Virus record (IMG/VR): IMGVR_UViG_3300012953_000014
Span: 1-64,000 of that record
DNA length: 64,000 nucleotides
Strand: one strand, 5' to 3'
Source: a virus
Shown here piece by piece: positions 27,260 to 36,893 of the stretch. A program made the translations under genes and the position numbers. The stretch's first letter is position 1; every line of letters begins with the position of its first letter. The notes below the pieces were generated by a model. It was not told where the DNA came from. It searched no databases and saw only the letters and a list, made by a program, of their open reading frames with translations.

Positions 27260-27379
27260 TTATCTTTCCTTTGCGACTAATCGCTTATCTCTAATGCTTA
27301 TCCATGACTGGAAAGCTTACCTTTGTTTTGGGACGAATCGCTTATCCCTAATGCTTATCCATGACCGAAGAAGCTTGCC
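27260..27379. repeat. Imperfect 57-bp tandem duplication of a gene 3' end
   Basis: aatcgcttatcYctaatgcttatccatgac occurs twice at a 57-nt period. Confidence 0.9.
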
Positions 27380-27631
27380 TCGGGCTGGACCTAGTGAATG
27401 CTTGTTCATCCATATCACTTTCCAACCAACCTCTTCATAGTCATATAAAATTGAAGCATCTTCATTCAATACTTCTGCCCAGCCGGGCTTTACATCAATC
27501 TCTAAACCCTTGGGGGTTCGAGTCGCCGCTTTATTTAGCTTTATCTCTTCATTTATTATTTTTCTTATATGTTTTTTTGTTGGTTTAAAATCATAATCAT
27601 CTATCGATAAATCAAAATCATCCATTACCAC
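27317..27631 (-). CDS. Hypothetical protein
   Basis: ORF in operon. Confidence 0.6.
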   Translation of the reverse strand: MVMDDFDLSIDDYDFKPTKKHIRKIINEEIKLNKAATRTPKGLEIDVKPGWAEVLNEDASILYDYEEVGWKVIWMNKHSLGPARGKLLRSWISIRDKRFVPKQR

Positions 27632-27849
27632 ATCCTCTCACACATACAAATCACAATCCATCCTCCAGATATCGGATCTTGTACTATATCAAAATCCTTA
27701 ACGTGTTTTTTATTTCGTCCGAGCTTATTTCCAAAAAATGTTGCTCTCTCAATAAGGTACTCTGATATTGTTCCTTGGGCTTCGTGCTCTGCTTCGTCAC
27801 GACCAATGATCAACCTGTATACCTCCAAAGTTTCTTCTTCTCGTATCAT
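27625..27849 (-). CDS. Hypothetical protein
   Basis: ORF in operon. Confidence 0.6.
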   Translation of the reverse strand: MIREEETLEVYRLIIGRDEAEHEAQGTISEYLIERATFFGNKLGRNKKHVKDFDIVQDPISGGWIVICMCERMW

Positions 27850-27853
27850 ATAT

Positions 27854-30800
27854 TCATCCTACCAACTTAAAATTCCACTTAATAGACCTAGTTGAGAATC
27901 CCCATTGGGGGTCATGCTCAAGCTTACTAACATATGGTCGATTCAAGTGGACTAACTCATCTTGTCTGACATTCCAACATTTAATATTTGTTATTTGACA
28001 AGTATCATCTATTGCATTGATTATCCAAAACGTTTTTCCGTTTCTTGTTTTCTTTGGGATTATCTCTCTCGGAATAAACCAACATAACTGCAAATCTTTA
28101 TCATATCGTGCCAATGGTGGAACCATCAAGTGGTCTAACCTTTCTTTAACCTTTGAGTCTAAAACAATCTCAAAAGGAAAAACGCCAGTCAAGCTAACTA
28201 TGTTATCAATCTTTTCTTCTTCGGTGAAATCTCCTTCGCTCAGATATTTCTTAAGATTGTCATCAAATTTCTTTTTGTTTTTTGGTCTATCATCAGCAAC
28301 AGATAACCAAAAATGCTTCGTATGTTTGAACCTGTGGTCAATCATTGAATCACAAGCCCCGGAACGCACAAGCACATCCAAAGACTTTTTATTAAGTTTA
28401 GAATAACTTATTTCTTCGTTGAACAAAAGATCTTCAACCGATTTGAATGGGCGATGGTCAAGGATTTGGTCCATTGCTTTGTCACCTAGACCCTTGATTG
28501 AGGTAAGGGGTTGAACTAACTCACCATTCGAGGACACTTCCCAGTTTCTACCAGAAAGATTAATATTGACTTTCTGAATGTTATATCCCAGATTCTTCAC
28601 AACATTGATTGCTTTTTCTTTGCGGCTTTCTGGTTCCTTGTTTAGAAAAGCACATAGCCATTCAGCGGGATGATAGTTTAACAACCAAGCACATTGGTAA
28701 GATAGTATGCTATAACCAACGGCATGGGACTTGTTAAAGCCGTAACCACTGAAATACTCAAAAGTTTTCCAAAGAGATTCTGCTTGACCTTTCTTGATTC
28801 CTTTCTCCGTACATCCTGTCATGAATTTGTTATAAATTTTAAGCTTTTCTTGTGCGCCCTTGCCTGTTCCTTTCTTGGTTAGCAACTTACGTAAAAGATT
28901 ACCCTCATCTAATGAAATGTTTTTACCCAGTCGATGAGCCAACAGAGCAATCTGTTCTTGAAAAATCAGAAACCCATAGGTTTCTTCAGTGACCTCTTGT
29001 ACGATTGGGTGTATATACTTAACATATTGAGGATTCTGCTTCGCTTCTACATAATCCCTATCAACCTTGGCGCTAAGTGGACCTGGTCGAAAGATCGATG
29101 TGATTGCTGCGATATCGATTAGTGAAGTTGGTTGTGCTCGCTTGCAAAATGCTTGAGCGCCACCTTCAGTAAACTGGAAAACTCCGGCCCACTTACCTTT
29201 GTGAAAGATATTCTCATAGATTTTTTGATTATCAAAATCTAAGTTGTCTGGGTGGAGATTTTGGTCATAGAACTTCTTAACTTCTTTAAAGTCTGGAGTC
29301 TTGCCTGTTTGCTTTTTAATGATTCTGGATATCGCATCCTCAATCATACGTAATGTGCCAAGACCTAATATATCAAACTTAATAAAACCCATTGGCTCCA
29401 AGTGTCTAACATTTTGACCCTCGGTCCACGGAGTTTGTCTGACGCCACCAGAATAGATCAGTGGCATGTACTTGTTTAAATCTTCTCCAACTACCAGTCC
29501 ACCAGCATGTCTTGAGCAAGAACGCACTTGACCCTTTAAGGTTCTAACATGTGGTTCGACTTGTGGATATTTCTTTAGAAATTGTTGAAGGCTTGTACTA
29601 TACTGCATCAACTCCTCGAAGGTCGGATCATAAACTCCAGCTTTGATTCCATGTGCGCGTTTGGCTGGGCCAATGGCTTCAAAGACCATCTTTTTAGTTA
29701 CGATATTGACTTCCTGATATGGAATGTCATAAAACTTTGATATATCTTTAATCAAAGAGCGAAGTTGAAGGGTGTTCCAGTTAGAAATAGGAACCACATT
29801 GTTCTCACCCCACTCATTAACCAAGGACTCTTTCAGTATCATGGGATCAGAAACATCATAATCAATATCTGGATAATCTTTTGCATCAGATCTCAAGAAT
29901 CGAGAAAATAACAGACCATACTTAATTGGATCTACTTGTGTAATCCCAAGAACATATGCAACCAGCGAACCACCAGCGGAACCGCGTGATGGTCCAGTTA
30001 TCTGCATAGAGGTCGCTTTGTCAGCTATTGCTTTCATGGTTAAGAAATAACGACTAAAGCCACGATCTCTGATAACTTGAAGTTCGTGCTCCAAGCGATC
30101 AATATAGACAGGATCAGTAAGGTTTCTGGCTTGTAAGTTATTGCTTGAGGCCACACTTAATGCATCATCTTCGGTCATATCATCAGGAATAACAAACGAG
30201 GGCAAGCGGACGGTATTGTCGGGGTAGAACTTCTCAATGCGATCATGGGCGATGTGGTGTGTGCGGGCGATTGATTCCTTAATCAAATCATCGTCGAACT
30301 GTACCCCAAGTTCAGACGAATACTTTTTATAGGACGCAAACATTTGATCACCATTCTTAGGATATAACTCCATGCCATATTCATCTAAGTCTTCGGCCAT
30401 CTCACCAAAGAATGCAGTGGCACCTGGTCTGAATCGCTTGTATAGTTCACGTGACTTCCAAACATCAGGATTGAAATAATGACTATCAGCGGTAGAAATA
30501 AGATCAATGTTGTATTCCTTAGCAATTTGAACTATAAACTTATTTAACTTCATTTGCGTTGGGTGCTTGAACCATTGAAGTTCTGCATACCACCGATCAC
30601 CTAAAATACTTTGCATATTTTCAGTAGTTTTGCGCATAGCATTTAGGATAGCCTCGTCTCCATTGTCCATGTTTTCCCACAGATCCCCTGCATAAACGCC
30701 ACCTAAACAAGCAGAGGAAGCGATGATGCCTTCACTATGTGTTCGGAGTAAATCATAGTCAATACGTGGGAAGCGATAAAAGTTTCCTGGCTTGTATGAT

Positions 30801-31246
30801 TGAGAGATTAGCTCAAAGATATTATTGAGACCTGTTTGGTTTTGGGCTAATAGAACTAAGTGGCGACGACGGTTGAGGATATCTTTAACCGATTTTGTTT
30901 CAGACTCGTCTTCCACAGTAAAACCGCCACTTGTTGCATCCTTTTTAGATTTTTTATCCGTTTTGCTCTGGTTATAGACTTCTTCCCATTCCTTGAGAGA
31001 GGGAATAAAATAAGCCTCACAGCCAAAGATAGGTTTAAAGTTCTTGCCAGCTTTCTCCATTGACTTTGCGTGAAGAACCTGATATGCTAAACCATTACAG
31101 TTTCCGTGATCAGTCAGTGCTAGTGCATCGCAACCATTTTCATAGGCGAAATCCATGTGCTGTTGAGGGTATCCGATAGCATCAAAGGGAGAACCCGCAG
31201 TGGAATGAGCATGAAGACCGACGAAGGGGATAGAGGACTTAATCAT
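27854..31246 (-). CDS. dnaE: DNA polymerase III alpha subunit (family C)
   Basis: PHP domain LHAHS/ALTDHG; SRGSAGGSLV, PDIDYD, RHAGG, KFDILGL, GYGFNKSHA. Confidence 0.96.
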   Translation of the reverse strand: MIKSSIPFVGLHAHSTAGSPFDAIGYPQQHMDFAYENGCDALALTDHGNCNGLAYQVLHAKSMEKAGKNFKPIFGCEAYFIPSLKEWEEVYNQSKTDKKSKKDATSGGFTVEDESETKSVKDILNRRRHLVLLAQNQTGLNNIFELISQSYKPGNFYRFPRIDYDLLRTHSEGIIASSACLGGVYAGDLWENMDNGDEAILNAMRKTTENMQSILGDRWYAELQWFKHPTQMKLNKFIVQIAKEYNIDLISTADSHYFNPDVWKSRELYKRFRPGATAFFGEMAEDLDEYGMELYPKNGDQMFASYKKYSSELGVQFDDDLIKESIARTHHIAHDRIEKFYPDNTVRLPSFVIPDDMTEDDALSVASSNNLQARNLTDPVYIDRLEHELQVIRDRGFSRYFLTMKAIADKATSMQITGPSRGSAGGSLVAYVLGITQVDPIKYGLLFSRFLRSDAKDYPDIDYDVSDPMILKESLVNEWGENNVVPISNWNTLQLRSLIKDISKFYDIPYQEVNIVTKKMVFEAIGPAKRAHGIKAGVYDPTFEELMQYSTSLQQFLKKYPQVEPHVRTLKGQVRSCSRHAGGLVVGEDLNKYMPLIYSGGVRQTPWTEGQNVRHLEPMGFIKFDILGLGTLRMIEDAISRIIKKQTGKTPDFKEVKKFYDQNLHPDNLDFDNQKIYENIFHKGKWAGVFQFTEGGAQAFCKRAQPTSLIDIAAITSIFRPGPLSAKVDRDYVEAKQNPQYVKYIHPIVQEVTEETYGFLIFQEQIALLAHRLGKNISLDEGNLLRKLLTKKGTGKGAQEKLKIYNKFMTGCTEKGIKKGQAESLWKTFEYFSGYGFNKSHAVGYSILSYQCAWLLNYHPAEWLCAFLNKEPESRKEKAINVVKNLGYNIQKVNINLSGRNWEVSSNGELVQPLTSIKGLGDKAMDQILDHRPFKSVEDLLFNEEISYSKLNKKSLDVLVRSGACDSMIDHRFKHTKHFWLSVADDRPKNKKKFDDNLKKYLSEGDFTEEEKIDNIVSLTGVFPFEIVLDSKVKERLDHLMVPPLARYDKDLQLCWFIPREIIPKKTRNGKTFWIINAIDDTCQITNIKCWNVRQDELVHLNRPYVSKLEHDPQWGFSTRSIKWNFKLVG

Positions 31247-31252
31247 GTTGTT

Positions 31253-31281
31253 ATACTACACGATTTTGTCCCCCCTGTCAA
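31253..31281 (-). promoter_or_regulatory. Sigma70-type promoter, leaderless dnaE
   Basis: TTGACA-N17-TAGTAT with ATG 6 nt downstream. Confidence 0.7.
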
Positions 31282-31297
31282 GTGTTTTATTTACTTA

Positions 31298-32113
31298 TTA
31301 ACTTGCTTCGTAATCGCCGTTATAAATACTTGTTATATCAGAGCCCGATAATGGGGCAGAGTATATTCTAAAGTCAGAAATTTCAGCATCTAAATATGAG
31401 GATCCGTAGACTGAATTTCCAGGGGAGTAACGCACAGCTCCGATAGTGGCTTTGTGTGTTCCCTCAAAATCTGGATCTTTCACACCATTTTCAGCTTCCA
31501 GATTACCAGCATCGCTTCCATTTATATAAATCTTTTGTAAATTGTTTCCAACATCCAATACACAAGCTACATGAAACCAAGTGTTTATGGCAGGTTGAGC
31601 TGCCCATGCAAGACTGGCAGAGGTATCACTAACCCCAGTGCCTTTCCATCCTCGCGAGCCGAAGATAATGTTTCTTCCACTGACTGGTAAAGCATCGGCG
31701 CTATAATCTCCACTAAAATAAATCTGAATACCGCCATCGAAACCACCGCTTCGGAGGCCAGCTCCATAAAGGTAATTAAATAGACTTGGGTTGGAGCCCA
31801 ATTTTACCCAAGCAGCGATTGTCATCGTACTGTTGATAAGGGAAGATTCATCATCTCTAGTCGCATATGCGTTGGTTCCATTAAAATCATATGTGTCGTG
31901 TGTTTGACTCCCATTCGTCCGCCCATCCGATACTAATGAAACATTGTAAGGAGTAAAATTGTATCTAGTCGACGTGGATGTTCCAACATCGGTAAAGACT
32001 GTTGGTGGGTTATTGTCCCCAGCTGATGGCATCTTATACCAATGATCTAACTCGTCATCCCGTGTGAGTGTGTATGTCGCTCCACCCTTTACTCTAAAAA
32101 CCAAACTTCCCAT
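31298..32113 (-). CDS. LamG/concanavalin-A-like domain protein
   Basis: FNGTNAY, MTIAAWVK, WFHVACV, KIYING, ISDFRIYSAPLS. Confidence 0.85.
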   Translation of the reverse strand: MGSLVFRVKGGATYTLTRDDELDHWYKMPSAGDNNPPTVFTDVGTSTSTRYNFTPYNVSLVSDGRTNGSQTHDTYDFNGTNAYATRDDESSLINSTMTIAAWVKLGSNPSLFNYLYGAGLRSGGFDGGIQIYFSGDYSADALPVSGRNIIFGSRGWKGTGVSDTSASLAWAAQPAINTWFHVACVLDVGNNLQKIYINGSDAGNLEAENGVKDPDFEGTHKATIGAVRYSPGNSVYGSSYLDAEISDFRIYSAPLSGSDITSIYNGDYEAS

Positions 32114-32259
32114 TTTTTTCTCCTTTATTTTACCTAATCTTAGTCTTGTGTTTGAATGTTATTTGTTATACTCAGTTTTCTTAATGTGTGGTTGTAATAA
32201 AATAATGTATGATAATGTAAATAGATTTTAATGACGTGAAAAGGTTAAAAAATGTTTAT

Positions 32260-32535
32260 TTATTTGGGGATTGCATTTTTGACATCATTAGATAAATCTC
32301 TGACAAGTTTTGCAACATCATCTTTGTTGTCCATAAAATACTCTACACTCTTATCTTTTAAGAACTGATAAACTCCTTCAAGAGCTTCTTTGCTGCCATG
32401 AGCTTTGCCATTTTCATAAGCATTGTTGACCAATTCATTAATCCGATCCTGACTGCTGTCTGGCGGAGGTGGGCTTGAAGTGAAATTACTTCCTCTTTCT
32501 TCTTGGTCTTTTGTGTTTTGTTTTTTTGAAGCCAT
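32260..32535 (-). CDS. Hypothetical protein
   Basis: ORF with SD. Confidence 0.6.
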   Translation of the reverse strand: MASKKQNTKDQEERGSNFTSSPPPPDSSQDRINELVNNAYENGKAHGSKEALEGVYQFLKDKSVEYFMDNKDDVAKLVRDLSNDVKNAIPK

Positions 32536-32590
32536 ATTTTTATCCTCTCATATAAATACTTTTTTCAAATAGATAATACCCCACTTTATT

Positions 32591-32598
32591 ACTATTTA
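32591..32598 (+). promoter_or_regulatory. ACTATTTA putative late promoter (plus strand)
   Basis: Motif 8 nt upstream of ATG 32607, oriented with the inverted gene. Confidence 0.6.
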
Positions 32599-32606
32599 TT
32601 GTAGCA

Positions 32607-33032
32607 ATGGGATTCGGTGGAGGCTTTAGCGGCGGCAAAAAAGGCGGCGGATTGAATGTGGTAAGCGGTTCCCACGGTCAAATATTACGATTTTGCTCTG
32701 GCTCCGGTGCAGTAATTGGCACAGAAGAGTGGACCATTGGTGACGATGGGTGTTTTGACATTACCGGATCAATGAAAATAAAAGGTGAAGTAAGGCATTC
32801 TGGCACTATCGCTTCTGAAAATGGAAGTGACAATCTCGGAACATCACAGAATAAATATGCCAACGTAAACGTCAAAGACATTCAAGCGACGAATGTATAC
32901 ACTGGTGATTTACACATGAAAAATGAAAGGGGAGATTGGACTTTACACGAGGAACCCGACTGCCTAGTAGTGAGAAATAATTTAACCGGTGAAAAATTCA
33001 AACTTGTATTAGAAAAAATTGAAAAAAAATAA
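32607..33032 (+). CDS. Short fibre-related protein sharing its C-terminal domain with the downstream fibre
   Basis: NVYTGDLHMKNERGDWT...VRNNLTG. Confidence 0.75.
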   Translation: MGFGGGFSGGKKGGGLNVVSGSHGQILRFCSGSGAVIGTEEWTIGDDGCFDITGSMKIKGEVRHSGTIASENGSDNLGTSQNKYANVNVKDIQATNVYTGDLHMKNERGDWTLHEEPDCLVVRNNLTGEKFKLVLEKIEKK

Positions 33033-33250
33033 TATGCCCTAAACAGCCGTTATTCCTTAAAATGGCTCAAATTAAGCAATACTACACGAATTTGTAACTT
33101 CCGAAAACAAATCGACTATCTATTTAGTTCGAAGTGCGATGGTTTATCAATAGGGTTAAACCGGGCACACTTTGGGGAAATAAACATAAAATAACTTTGG
33201 CATACTACTCAATGCAGTAGTGTGTTTGTTATTTTGGAGGATATAATACT

Positions 33251-35872
33251 ATGGCTAATTATCATGGTTTATTAAAGGGCGGATCCGGTAGTTTCGCCTC
33301 GGTCGTACTCGGTGGCAGCGGTGACTCTGCAACCGGTTATACCGTTATGAAGACATCTTCAGCTGGTAACTCGATTGACTTGGCAAACATTAACAAGTTG
33401 ACTGCTTCTTATGCTAAGATTACTGAACTTGATGTAGTAACACTTAACAGTATTACTCAAACTCAAGAAAATCTTAACGTTTCTGCTTCTTTGATTGTTG
33501 CATCTGATGGTGCGGGAGCATCTAATGAAGCTGATGGTTCTGGTCTCTACATTTCTGGTGCTAATGCATCATTAACATGGGACGACGGCAATAGCCGAAT
33601 GGCAATCAATAAATCGTTTTACGGTTCTGCGGCTGCTGAATTTGGTGGTAACGTTACTGCTGTCGGTTCATTCATTATCGGTTCTGCTGATTTGAATGAA
33701 GCTGATATGGAGAAGATTGATGGGATTACTGATGGAACTGTTGCTGCTAATAAGGCAGTAGTAGTTGATGCTAACAAAGATGCTGATGGTTTCCGTCACG
33801 TAACTTCAACTGGTGCTATCACTGCTGGTACTTCATTTATCATTGGCTCTGCTGATTTGAATGAAGCTGACATGGAAAAACTAGATGGGATTACTGATGG
33901 TGCTGTAGCAGCTTCGAAAGCAGTTGTTGTAGATTCTAACAAAGATGCTTCAGGTTTCCGTAACATAACTTTGGCTGGAATGTCTGGTTCAAGTACATTG
34001 GAAGCTGTTGGTGCGGCTACACTTGGTAGCACACTTGGAGTATCTGGTGCTGCTACATTTAGTGGTCTTATCAGCTCTAATGCTGGCGTAAAAGGTACCT
34101 CTTATAGTGGTTCAACCACATTAGAGGCTGTTGGTGCTGCTAGACTTGGTAGTACACTAAGTGTTACTGGTGCTGCTTCTTTTGCTAGCTACATCAGTGC
34201 TTCTAGTTATGTAAGTGCGTCTTCGTTTTCACTTGGTGAGAACTCAGCGACTATTGAATACAGCGATGCATTGGATTTGAGCCTTGGTTCAACCAAATAT
34301 GCTGCTCTTTCAACAGATTACTTTTCGGCGTCTGTCGAGCTTCAAGGCCCAACTGTTCACAGTTCTGGTTCTATTACTGCTGGCACCTCATTTATCATCG
34401 GTTCTGCTGATTTAAATGAAGCTGACATGGAAAAACTAGATGGGATTACTAATGGTTCTGTCGCTGCTAACAAAGCAGTGGTAGTTGACGGCAATGCTGA
34501 CGCTTCTGGTTTCCGCAATGTAACTGGCACAGGTGCTATCACCGCTGGTACTTCTTTCATTATTGGTTCTGCTGATTTGAACGAAGCTGACATGGAAAAA
34601 CTAGATGGAATTACTGACGGTGCTGGTGCGGCTAACAAGGCTCTTGTTCTTGATGGCAATGCTGATATCGCTTCTGGTCTACGTTCTTTAACTGGTTCAG
34701 GCGATCTTAAGTTTGTTAATGCTCATTTGTCAGGTGACTTATATGTTGCTGACGACCTTGAAGCTGATGCTGCTACCTTTAGTGGTCTTGTTAGTTCTAA
34801 TGCTGGTGTGAAAGGTACCTCTTATAGTGGTTCTTCTACACTCATTGCAATGGGAGCTGCGAATCTTGGTAGTACACTTGGAGTATCTGGCGCTGCAACA
34901 TTTGCAGGTAACGTTCAAACTGGTAAACTATTTGTAACCGACAAATTGAGTGGTTCAAGTGATGCAGAGTTTGTTGGTTCTGTTAAATCAATTGGCAACA
35001 TGGCATCTTCTGGTTCTATCACTGCTGGATCTTCGTTCATTATTGGCTCTGCTGATATTAACGAAACTGATCTTGAAAAGATTGACGGAATTACCAACGG
35101 TACTGTAGCGGCTGCGAAAGCAGTTGTTGTAGATTCTAATAAAGATGCTTCTGGATTCCGTAACGTAACTGCTGAAGGTTCATTTATTATCGGTTCTGCT
35201 GATTTAAATGAAACTGATATGGAGAAGATTGATGGGATTACCAATGGTGCTGGTGCAGCTAATAAGGCTCTTGTCTTAGATGCTAGTGCTGACGTTGCTT
35301 CCGGTCTACGCTCTGTAACAGGTTCAGGAGATCTTAAGTTTGTTAACGCTCACTTATCAGGTGACTTATATGTCGCTGATGATATCACTGCTGATGCTGC
35401 TACATTTAGTGGTCTTGTTTCTACGAATGCTGGTGCGAAGGGTACTTTCTTCAGTGGTTCAAGCACACTACAAGCTGTCGGTGCGGCTACCCTTGGTAGC
35501 ACATTGAATGTTTCTGGTGCTGCAACAATGAATGCTATCACAGCGACATCGGTTGCTGGTACTTCTTTCAGTGGCTCAAGCACACTACAAGCTGTTGGTG
35601 CAACTACCCTTGGTAGTACACTAAACGTTTCTGGTGCTGCTGTATTTGCTAGTACTGGTGAGTTTGGTGGTCATTTGACTCCAGGCTCCGATTCGACTTA
35701 TAACTTAGGTTCTACGGCGAAACGATGGGCTAACATTTACACAGGCGATCTCCACCTCAAGAATGAGCGTGGTAACTGGACTATCTTTGAGGAAGCTGAC
35801 CACTTGCGGGTCCGAAACAACCTCACTGGTAAGATGTACAAGATGGGTCTAACCCCACTTAGCGAAGATTAA
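33251..35872 (+). CDS. Tail fibre/repetitive virion fibre protein
   Basis: Gly/Ser/Ala-rich with internal repeats; C-terminal YNLGS..KRWANIYTGDLHLKNERG; GGAGG SD. Confidence 0.8.
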   Translation: MANYHGLLKGGSGSFASVVLGGSGDSATGYTVMKTSSAGNSIDLANINKLTASYAKITELDVVTLNSITQTQENLNVSASLIVASDGAGASNEADGSGLYISGANASLTWDDGNSRMAINKSFYGSAAAEFGGNVTAVGSFIIGSADLNEADMEKIDGITDGTVAANKAVVVDANKDADGFRHVTSTGAITAGTSFIIGSADLNEADMEKLDGITDGAVAASKAVVVDSNKDASGFRNITLAGMSGSSTLEAVGAATLGSTLGVSGAATFSGLISSNAGVKGTSYSGSTTLEAVGAARLGSTLSVTGAASFASYISASSYVSASSFSLGENSATIEYSDALDLSLGSTKYAALSTDYFSASVELQGPTVHSSGSITAGTSFIIGSADLNEADMEKLDGITNGSVAANKAVVVDGNADASGFRNVTGTGAITAGTSFIIGSADLNEADMEKLDGITDGAGAANKALVLDGNADIASGLRSLTGSGDLKFVNAHLSGDLYVADDLEADAATFSGLVSSNAGVKGTSYSGSSTLIAMGAANLGSTLGVSGAATFAGNVQTGKLFVTDKLSGSSDAEFVGSVKSIGNMASSGSITAGSSFIIGSADINETDLEKIDGITNGTVAAAKAVVVDSNKDASGFRNVTAEGSFIIGSADLNETDMEKIDGITNGAGAANKALVLDASADVASGLRSVTGSGDLKFVNAHLSGDLYVADDITADAATFSGLVSTNAGAKGTFFSGSSTLQAVGAATLGSTLNVSGAATMNAITATSVAGTSFSGSSTLQAVGATTLGSTLNVSGAAVFASTGEFGGHLTPGSDSTYNLGSTAKRWANIYTGDLHLKNERGNWTIFEEADHLRVRNNLTGKMYKMGLTPLSED
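33660..35300 (+). repeat. Six intragenic repeats (SFIIGSADLNExDMEKxDGIT) arranged as three tandem pairs
   Basis: Visible at both protein and DNA level. Confidence 0.9.
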
Positions 35873-35899
35873 TATCTACGTTAAACGTCAATAAGTGAC

Positions 35900-35943
35900 A
35901 AAAAAGTCCTCCGTCCGATTTGTAATCGGGCGGGGGCATTTTT
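35900..35943. terminator. Bidirectional terminator between convergent genes
   Basis: ccgtccgatt-tgt-aatcgggcgg hairpin with A-tract on the left and T-tract on the right. Confidence 0.7.
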
Positions 35944-36148
35944 ATATATTCTTTTTCAGTTTTATGATCACAACGCTTTTTGAAAATTTATTCCCGTCTT
36001 TATCTTCAAAGTTTGTTGGGCCAGCGTGCAAGAATGGTTGGTGGTCGACGACATAATACTCTTCTTTATCATCTTCTTTCAGGATGAAGACAACTTCTTC
36101 ATCGTGATATTCTTGTTTTAATCTTGATATAACTTCATCAATTCTCAT
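35942..36148 (-). CDS. Hypothetical protein (likely start MRIDEV)
   Basis: ATG overlaps the upstream stop. Confidence 0.55.
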   Translation of the reverse strand: MRIDEVISRLKQEYHDEEVVFILKEDDKEEYYVVDHQPFLHAGPTNFEDKDGNKFSKSVVIIKLKKNI

Positions 36149-36444
36149 AAGAAATATCCCAATATAAATGAGTTTGTAACCAAAGAAGCAAAAAGAGACC
36201 AAGCCAAAAACTTTAACATTCGATCCCTTGCCCTTATTGAATCCGCCAAGATTATATATGATTCTTCGTTTTTTTGTATAATATCTTTTTCTATCCTATT
36301 CACTTCATTATCCAGTCTTTGTGAAATCTCACCAATAACTTCATTTCCAATTTTTTGTCTTTCTTGCTTATCTTTTTCTTTTTGTGCAGCTGCTTTTAAC
36401 ATTGCAGCACTATGAAAATCTCGACTAAAGCCACCTTGAGGCAT
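36145..36444 (-). CDS. Coiled-coil protein with C-terminal TM helix
   Basis: ORF with hydrophobic C-terminus. Confidence 0.6.
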   Translation of the reverse strand: MPQGGFSRDFHSAAMLKAAAQKEKDKQERQKIGNEVIGEISQRLDNEVNRIEKDIIQKNEESYIILADSIRARDRMLKFLAWSLFASLVTNSFILGYFL

Positions 36445-36872
36445 TATCCTACTCCTTGTGAACCGCTCCAGTTATGAAACAGTTCTTTTGCGTCAATACT
36501 TGTTAAACCTGCAACAATGGATGCTGTGGCGTTTAAAGAGCCACCAGTTGGACTGACTCTCATATAAACTTCCTTGACTCTCCAATCGGCAGAATAAGAT
36601 TCTTGATTTGATAAAATAACCCAATTGTTATTTTCCGCTCCATTAACTCCATTTTGGGAAAACCCTACTCTCATATCCACTTCATTTGAACCATCAGGTC
36701 CAGAATTTTTTATGGTGATAAAGCGGGTTACGTTTGGTAAACTGATTTTTACAACCGTATTATCAGATGGAATATCGATTGATGATGATAAATAAGGTTG
36801 CGCACTTGCTTGGTACGATCCAACATTACCTACGCCCGCTCTATGATCAAAATATTGTTTAGCTACTGTCAA
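36444..36872 (-). CDS. Putative virion structural protein
   Basis: Beta-rich ORF preceded by ACTATTTA (36895-36902). Confidence 0.55.
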   Translation of the reverse strand: MTVAKQYFDHRAGVGNVGSYQASAQPYLSSSIDIPSDNTVVKISLPNVTRFITIKNSGPDGSNEVDMRVGFSQNGVNGAENNNWVILSNQESYSADWRVKEVYMRVSPTGGSLNATASIVAGLTSIDAKELFHNWSGSQGVG

Positions 36873-36893
36873 AATAAAAATTTCCTTCTTATA

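Noticed and set aside
27260-27379. Mini-CRISPR or attachment site
   Set aside because: Only two adjacent copies with no spacer, and the divergence follows codon positions.
27505-27530. tRNA-like GGTTCGAGTC T-loop string
   Set aside because: Lies inside a CDS and no cloverleaf could be built; no tRNA genes were recognised in the window.
33660-35300. Possible CRISPR array or DGR template/variable repeats
   Set aside because: Repeats are in-frame coding repeats with synonymous variation; there are no unique spacers, no adenine-specific mismatch pattern and no reverse transcriptase in the window.
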